In this document: positions 59,242 through 64,000 of the stretch, one piece after another
Layout of the letters: each line of letters begins with the position of its first letter
Position numbering within the stretch: the first letter of the stretch is position 1
Assembly: GCA_964594365.1 (NCBI GenBank)
Contig: CAZQMB010000004.1
Location: 17,257-81,256, forward strand
Direction of reading: 5' to 3'
DNA: 64,000 nucleotides
Source of the DNA: an uncultured Conexibacteraceae bacterium
GTDB lineage: Bacteria > Actinomycetota > Thermoleophilia > Solirubrobacterales > 70-9
Translations under genes and position numbers: made by a program
The notes under the pieces: generated by a model
Seen by the model: only the letters and a program-made list of their open reading frames with translations
Told to the model about the DNA's origin: nothing
The model's database searches: none

Positions 59242-61045
59242 CGCGAGGAAGGGGACCGTCGTAGACGAGCGGTACAAGCTGATCAGGAAGGTCGGCACCG
59301 GCGGTATGGCCGATGTCTGGTTGGCCGACGACACCGAACTCGATCGGGAGGTGGCGATCAAGATCCTCCACGACCGGTTCGCCCAGGACTCGGAGTTCGT
59401 CGAGCGGTTCCAGCGTGAGGCCCGGTCGGCCGCAGGCCTGCAGCACCCGAACGTGGTCAGCGTGTTCGATCGCGGGGAGTTCCGCGATACCTACTTCATC
59501 GCCATGGAGTACGTGGATGGTCCTTCGCTGAAGGATCTGGTCAAGGGCGGGATGAGTGTCCCCGATGCAGTTGCGTTCGTCGAGCAGATTCTCGCCGCCG
59601 CGAAATTCGCCCACCGGAAAGGCATCGTCCACCGGGATCTCAAGCCGCAGAACGTGCTGATCGACGAGGAGGGCAGAGCGAAGGTCGCCGATTTCGGCAT
59701 CGCAGGGGGCGAGGCCTCCGACATCACCCAGGCCGGAACGGTGATGGGCACGGCCGAGTATCTGTCCCCGGAACAGGCCGAAGGTCGTGAGACGACGCGC
59801 CGTTCGGACATCTACTCGATCGGTGTGATCCTCTACGAGGCTTTGACCGGCACCGTCCCGTTCAAGGGCGATTCGGCGGTGTCCGTCGCCCTGAAGCAGG
59901 TGACGGAGACCCCCAAGCGTCCGAGTGCGATCAACCCCAAGGTCCCCCCTGCGCTCGACGCGGTGGTGATGCGCGCTCTCTCGAAGGATCCCGGGGAACG
60001 ATTCAAGGATGCAGACGCCTTCAAGATCGCCCTCGACGCAGCGATGAAGAACCCAGACAAGCCACGCCGGCAGGATGCCGCCGCGTTGGCAGCAGCCGAG
60101 ACCGGTGCCACCCAGATCCGTGACGCCGGAGAGACTACCGAGAGCGAAGACGAAGAGGCGGCCCGAAAGCGCCGGAGGAATCTGATCATCGCCGGTGTGC
60201 TCGTCGCGGCGGTCGCGGGGTTGGTTGCATTCCTGCTCACCCGACCGGGGTCGGTCACGGTGCCGAACGTGACCGGCCTCACCTCCGAGGTCGCCGTGGT
60301 TCGCCTGGAGGAAGAAGGCCTCGACGCCGAGATCGACCCGGTCCCGAATCTGGCCACCAGGAATACGGTTCTCGAACAGGACCCTCTGCCCGACTCGGTG
60401 GTGGATGAGGGAAGCACCGTGACCTTGAGCGTGAGCACTGGCCCCGCCTTGGTCGAGATCCCCGATGTCTCGGGTCTCGGTCCCAAGGAGGCCCGTAGGC
60501 GCCTCGAGGACCAGGGGCTGGTGGTCAGCTTGATCAACAAGCCCTCAGATGCCGTTCCGAAGGGACTGGTCACCAGGACGGATCCTGCAGCCGGAACGGA
60601 GATCTCGGTCGGTTCGACCGTCAAGCTCGTGGTCTCCTCCGGGACTGCCAAATCCACGGTTCCTGATCTCGTCGGGTCTCAGCTGGATGCCGCCCTTGCC
60701 GAGCTGGAATCCGCTGGCCTGACGGCGAACGTCGTGCAGCAGGACGCCTCCGCGCCCGCTGGGGAGGTGGTGGATCAGGCGCCTTCGGCCGGTACGAAGG
60801 TCAAGAAGGGAAGTCAGGTGACGATATTCGTCTCTTCCGGAGCGGTGGTGCTGCCCGATGTGATCGGCGAGGACCGTTCGACCGCAGTTAAACAGCTGAA
60901 GAGGCTGGGCCTGAAGGTGGTCGTACGGATCGACTCGACCTCGCCCCCCGAGGATTTCGGGCTGGTGATCGACCAGTATCCGTCAGCCGACTCCCGGGTC
61001 CAGCGTGGGGACACGGTGACCCTGACCGTGGGCGGAGGATCGTGA
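59234..61045 (+). CDS. pknB: PASTA-domain Ser/Thr protein kinase PknB
   Basis: Kinase core (GTGGMADVW...VAIK, HRDLKPQNVL, DFGIA, SPEQ), one TM segment, then four PASTA repeats (VPNVTGL.., IPDVSGL.., VPDLVGS.., LPDVIGE..). Confidence 0.94.
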   Translation: MASARKGTVVDERYKLIRKVGTGGMADVWLADDTELDREVAIKILHDRFAQDSEFVERFQREARSAAGLQHPNVVSVFDRGEFRDTYFIAMEYVDGPSLKDLVKGGMSVPDAVAFVEQILAAAKFAHRKGIVHRDLKPQNVLIDEEGRAKVADFGIAGGEASDITQAGTVMGTAEYLSPEQAEGRETTRRSDIYSIGVILYEALTGTVPFKGDSAVSVALKQVTETPKRPSAINPKVPPALDAVVMRALSKDPGERFKDADAFKIALDAAMKNPDKPRRQDAAALAAAETGATQIRDAGETTESEDEEAARKRRRNLIIAGVLVAAVAGLVAFLLTRPGSVTVPNVTGLTSEVAVVRLEEEGLDAEIDPVPNLATRNTVLEQDPLPDSVVDEGSTVTLSVSTGPALVEIPDVSGLGPKEARRRLEDQGLVVSLINKPSDAVPKGLVTRTDPAAGTEISVGSTVKLVVSSGTAKSTVPDLVGSQLDAALAELESAGLTANVVQQDASAPAGEVVDQAPSAGTKVKKGSQVTIFVSSGAVVLPDVIGEDRSTAVKQLKRLGLKVVVRIDSTSPPEDFGLVIDQYPSADSRVQRGDTVTLTVGGGS

Positions 61046-62007
61046 GGGTCGCCGTACTGAGCGGCGGGATCTCGGCTGAGCACGATGTCTCCCTGAGCTC
61101 GGGCAGATCGGTCAGCGAGGCGTTGAGCGCTGCAGGGCACGAGGTCATCGATGTCCTGATCACGCGTGAGGGCGGATGGATGAGCGACGGCCAACCGATC
61201 GAGTTCCGGCCGACCGGTGGACTGCTCGATTGCGAGGTGGCGTTCCCCGTCCTGCACGGTCCCGGGGGCGAGGACGGGAGCGTCCAGGCGGTATTCGAAG
61301 TCCTCGACATCGCTTATGTGGGCTCCGGAGTCGAGGCGTCGGCGATCTGTATGGACAAGTTGGCGCTCAAGTCGGTTGCGGCGGCAGCGGGTATCCCGCA
61401 GGTTCCCTATCGGGAGGCGACGATCGAAGATCCCAAGCCGGAAGGCGTGGAGGGATTCGACCTCCCCCTGTGGGTCAAGCCGGCTCACGGCGGCTCGAGC
61501 CTGGGGATCTCGAGAGTCGAGGACGTTGACGATCTGCCGGCCGCTGTGGAGCTGGCAGCCTCCATGGACTCACGCGTGATCATCGAAGGCAACTCAGCCG
61601 GCAAGGAGGTCGAGTGCTCGGTACTCGGCAACAGGGAGTTGATCACCTCCCGCCCCGGCGAACTGCGGGTGAACGCTGATTGGTACGACTATGAGGCCAA
61701 ATATCAGGAGGGCGGCATGGATCTGGTCGTCCCGGCTGACCTACCGGCTTCTGTGATGTCGAGTGTGGAGCAGCTCGCCGCTGAGATCTTCCGTATCGCC
61801 GGTTGCAGAGGCATGGCCCGCTGTGACTTCTTCGTCGAGGGCGACCGGGTCCTGCTCAATGAAGTCAACACGATCCCCGGGTTCACCCCGACCAGCGTCT
61901 ACGCGAGCCTGCTGGAACAGACCGGGTTGTCCTACTCCGACCTCTGCAACCGGCTGCTGGAGTTGGCCGTCGAGGAAAAACAGGCCCGGGACGAGTTCCG
62001 GTCTTAG
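61042..62007 (+). CDS. ddl: D-alanine--D-alanine ligase
   Basis: MRVAVLSGGISAEHDVSL, HGPGGEDG, ATP-grasp region, EVNTIPGFT. Confidence 0.93.
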   Translation: MRVAVLSGGISAEHDVSLSSGRSVSEALSAAGHEVIDVLITREGGWMSDGQPIEFRPTGGLLDCEVAFPVLHGPGGEDGSVQAVFEVLDIAYVGSGVEASAICMDKLALKSVAAAAGIPQVPYREATIEDPKPEGVEGFDLPLWVKPAHGGSSLGISRVEDVDDLPAAVELAASMDSRVIIEGNSAGKEVECSVLGNRELITSRPGELRVNADWYDYEAKYQEGGMDLVVPADLPASVMSSVEQLAAEIFRIAGCRGMARCDFFVEGDRVLLNEVNTIPGFTPTSVYASLLEQTGLSYSDLCNRLLELAVEEKQARDEFRS

Positions 62008-63497
62008 CCGATCAGGTCGAGGTCGCTCACCTCGACTCGGTAGCCGTCGCCCCCGTCAGAGGCTGGCAGGCGCGTGAACCAGATCAGGTAGTAGGAACTC
62101 GGTCCGTTGGAGTCGAGTGCGATCGTCGCCTTCTTCCCCAGACCATCAGCTCGACCGACTGGTGTCCAGCCGCTCAGCGAGTCGGGTGGACCTCCCGCCT
62201 CCGGTGCCGAGTAGACGGTGACCGACGCGCCTGCCTCCGAGAGTCTCAGATCCACCTGCTCGACCGATTGTGGGCCCTCCGTCTCGACCCAGAACCCCAT
62301 CCCGCTCTTGTTGCCGAAGGACTCGACGGAGTAGGTCTCGCTGCTCCATGCACTGCCCGAAGGATCACCGTCGACGATCCTCTCTACCTCTGTGCTGTGT
62401 TCGACTCCATCGCCCTCCGGGTCGAAATCACCGATCGCCGCTACCGGCAGACTCGAGGTGCCCCAGCCCCCGAGTTGTCCTCCTCCCCACACGAGTGCTC
62501 CGATGATCAGCAGAACTCCGCCCAGCCCGACTGCCGCCTTCCACCCGGATCTGGAGCCTCTGCCCGAGGCGGTCAACGGCTTCCGCGCGGGTGGCACGGT
62601 CTTGAGCACGGTCGTGGCCTGATCCGAGCGTCGGAGCGCCGGCGCCCGTGCGGTGCTCTCGTCGAGGGAGATCTCCAGGTCGGCGATCATCTCGGCGATC
62701 GACTCGTAGCGCCTGTCAGGATCCTTCTCGGTGGCCCGATCGACCACTGCTGCCACCGTGGCAGGAACCCCTGGTCGTTCCACTGCGACGTCGGGGATCC
62801 GCTCACTGACGTGTTTCATCGCCACCGCTACCTGACTCTCTGCCTGGAACGGCACCTCGCCGGTGAGCAGTTCGTAGAGGACGATTCCCAGGGCATAGAT
62901 GTCGGATCGCTCGTCAGCCGGCTCACCGCTCGCCTGTTCAGGTGACACGTAATCGGTGGTCCCGACTACCTCACCTGTGTCGGTCACCCCGTCGTCTTCG
63001 AGGGACCTCGCGATCCCGAAATCCGTGACTCGCGCCCGCCCTTCCCTGTCGATCAGCACGTTCTGCGGCTTCACGTCCCTGTGGACCAGCAGGTTCTCGT
63101 GGGCGGCCTGCAGACCACGTGCGATCTCGATCGAGTAGGCGACCGCCTGATCCACGGGGAGCGGCCCTCTGGCGAGGATCAGTTCCTTCAGCGTCTGCCC
63201 TTCGACGTATTCGAACACGATGAACGGTCTGCCGTTCTGCTCCCCCGCGTCGATCACGGGCACGAGATTGGGATTGCTCAGTCGAGCGGCCGACTTGGCT
63301 TCCTTGCGGAACCTCAGGAGCTGGTGATCGGTCCCCGCGATCTCACGGTGCAAGAGCTTGATCGCCACTGGCCTATCCAACGTGAGATCCACCGCGAGGT
63401 AGACGGTGCTCATACCCCCGCTGCCCAGTTTCGACTGGATGCGATAGCGGTCTACCAGGACCGCGCCGATGATCTGTTTGGACTCTGGCTCGAGCAT
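62004..63497 (-). CDS. Hanks-type Ser/Thr protein kinase with TM segment and extracytoplasmic C-terminal domain
   Basis: GSGGMSTVYLA...VAIK, HRDVKPQNVL, DFGIA, SPEQ, then the TM segment AAVGLGGVLLIIGALVW and an external domain of about 150 aa. Confidence 0.88.
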   Translation of the reverse strand: MLEPESKQIIGAVLVDRYRIQSKLGSGGMSTVYLAVDLTLDRPVAIKLLHREIAGTDHQLLRFRKEAKSAARLSNPNLVPVIDAGEQNGRPFIVFEYVEGQTLKELILARGPLPVDQAVAYSIEIARGLQAAHENLLVHRDVKPQNVLIDREGRARVTDFGIARSLEDDGVTDTGEVVGTTDYVSPEQASGEPADERSDIYALGIVLYELLTGEVPFQAESQVAVAMKHVSERIPDVAVERPGVPATVAAVVDRATEKDPDRRYESIAEMIADLEISLDESTARAPALRRSDQATTVLKTVPPARKPLTASGRGSRSGWKAAVGLGGVLLIIGALVWGGGQLGGWGTSSLPVAAIGDFDPEGDGVEHSTEVERIVDGDPSGSAWSSETYSVESFGNKSGMGFWVETEGPQSVEQVDLRLSEAGASVTVYSAPEAGGPPDSLSGWTPVGRADGLGKKATIALDSNGPSSYYLIWFTRLPASDGGDGYRVEVSDLDLIG

Positions 63498-63592
63498 GCT
63501 CCGGTGTTCTGTGGATGGACCTTCCTGCCGGAACGCAGGTTATCCGGCAAGACCCGTGCGTCTGGTCGCGTCCGGCCCCCGTCCGCGCTCGG

Positions 63593-64000
63593 TCAACCCG
63601 CGCGGATTACGGTGCGCTCGCCTGCGGTGATCGAACCGATCCGTCGCGCACCCGGATGGAACTCTCCGAGGATCGAGACGGCCTCCGGCTCGTCGCCTTC
63701 GGGGACCACCACACAGAACCCGCACCCCATGTTGAAGACCTGATGCATCTCCTCATCCGCCACCGAGGCCCGCTCCGCGATCAGCGTGAAGATCTCTGTG
63801 GGCTCCAACGGGTCGGAGATCTCGTAGGTCACGTCTGCATCCAGCCTGAGCAGGTTCTCGAGCCCGCCGGAGGTGATGTGGGCGAGCCCCCTCACCTCCA
63901 CTGCCGACCTGATCAGCGCCATCACCGACTTGACATAGATCGTCGTCGGCTCGAGCAGCGCCTCCCCGAGTGGACGCCCAAGGGTCTCGTCGTCCCATCC
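63593..64000 (-). CDS. purM: Phosphoribosylformylglycinamidine cyclo-ligase (AIR synthetase), C-terminal part (5' end outside window)
   Basis: The frame is open to the right window edge. By hand translation it reads ...LGEALLEPTTIYVKSVMALIRS..., then AHITSGGLENLLR and FNMGCGFCVVV. Confidence 0.88.
   Translation of the reverse strand, partial: GWDDETLGRPLGEALLEPTTIYVKSVMALIRSAVEVRGLAHITSGGLENLLRLDADVTYEISDPLEPTEIFTLIAERASVADEEMHQVFNMGCGFCVVVPEGDEPEAVSILGEFHPGARRIGSITAGERTVIRAG

Noticed and set aside
57697-59361. 554-aa ORF antisense to pbpA
   Set aside because: The same high-GC antisense artefact. The plus strand encodes a PBP with intact SxxK/SxN/KTG motifs.

Overview
This is a high-GC, actinobacterium-like chromosomal segment centred on the replication-origin neighbourhood. 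All calls were made by eye from the ORF track and the raw sequence; no searches or computations were run.

Gene content, left to right:
- 0-10.9 kb, all plus strand: a partial IMPase-family gene, treT, otsA, rpsF-ssb-rpsR-rplI, a DUF2252 gene, dnaB, a DnaC/DnaI-type AAA+ loader and purA.
- 10.9-17.1 kb: a nucleotide-sugar dehydrogenase coupled to a secreted trypsin-like protease, an SDR, a small set of secreted hydrolases (CalB-like lipase, PI-PLC-like enzyme) and tRNA-Lys(CTT).
- 17.2-27.8 kb, minus strand: a TPR protein, tatA-tatC, dcd, then one long respiratory/cofactor cluster: hemB, fused siroheme-decarboxylase-like ahbA/B, hemL, an unknown prenyl-synthase-like ORF, qcrA-qcrB-qcrC (split b6-type), ubiE/menG and a polyprenyl diphosphate synthase.
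- 27.9-35.4 kb: ymdB, an envelope operon (4-TM protein, NPP/alkaline-phosphatase family, GtrA, GT-C glycosyltransferase), a bifunctional nuclease, tRNA-Ile(GAT) and aguB-aguA.
- 35.5-49.5 kb, the origin core: parB-parA-rsmG-jag-yidC-yidD-rnpA-rpmH on the minus strand diverge from dnaA-dnaN-recF-DUF721(dciA)-gyrB-gyrA on the plus strand. DnaA-box-like 9-mers lie in the dnaA-dnaN spacer.
- 49.5-64 kb: an HNH endonuclease, pheA, a membrane-anchored protein, then the actinobacterial cell-wall signalling cluster fhaA-fhaB-pstP-rodA-pbpA-pknB. Here it is preceded by a polytopic Hanks kinase, extended by ddl and followed by a third, convergent kinase. A partial purM ends the window.

No rRNA genes, CRISPR arrays, transposases or integrases were seen.

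Observations most worth follow-up:
1. A DnaC/DnaI-type helicase loader coupled to dnaB sits in the same genome region as a DciA (DUF721) gene in its canonical recF-gyrB slot.
2. A fused AhbA/AhbB-type siroheme decarboxylase is embedded between hemB and hemL.
3. Lysine-rich tails occur on both gyrase subunits, and GyrB carries a long insertion.
4. A Firmicute-style split qcrABC is bracketed by menaquinone genes.
5. A Hanks kinase is fused to a polytopic membrane domain.
6. pstP, rodA, pbpA, pknB and ddl form a chain of overlapping stop/start junctions.
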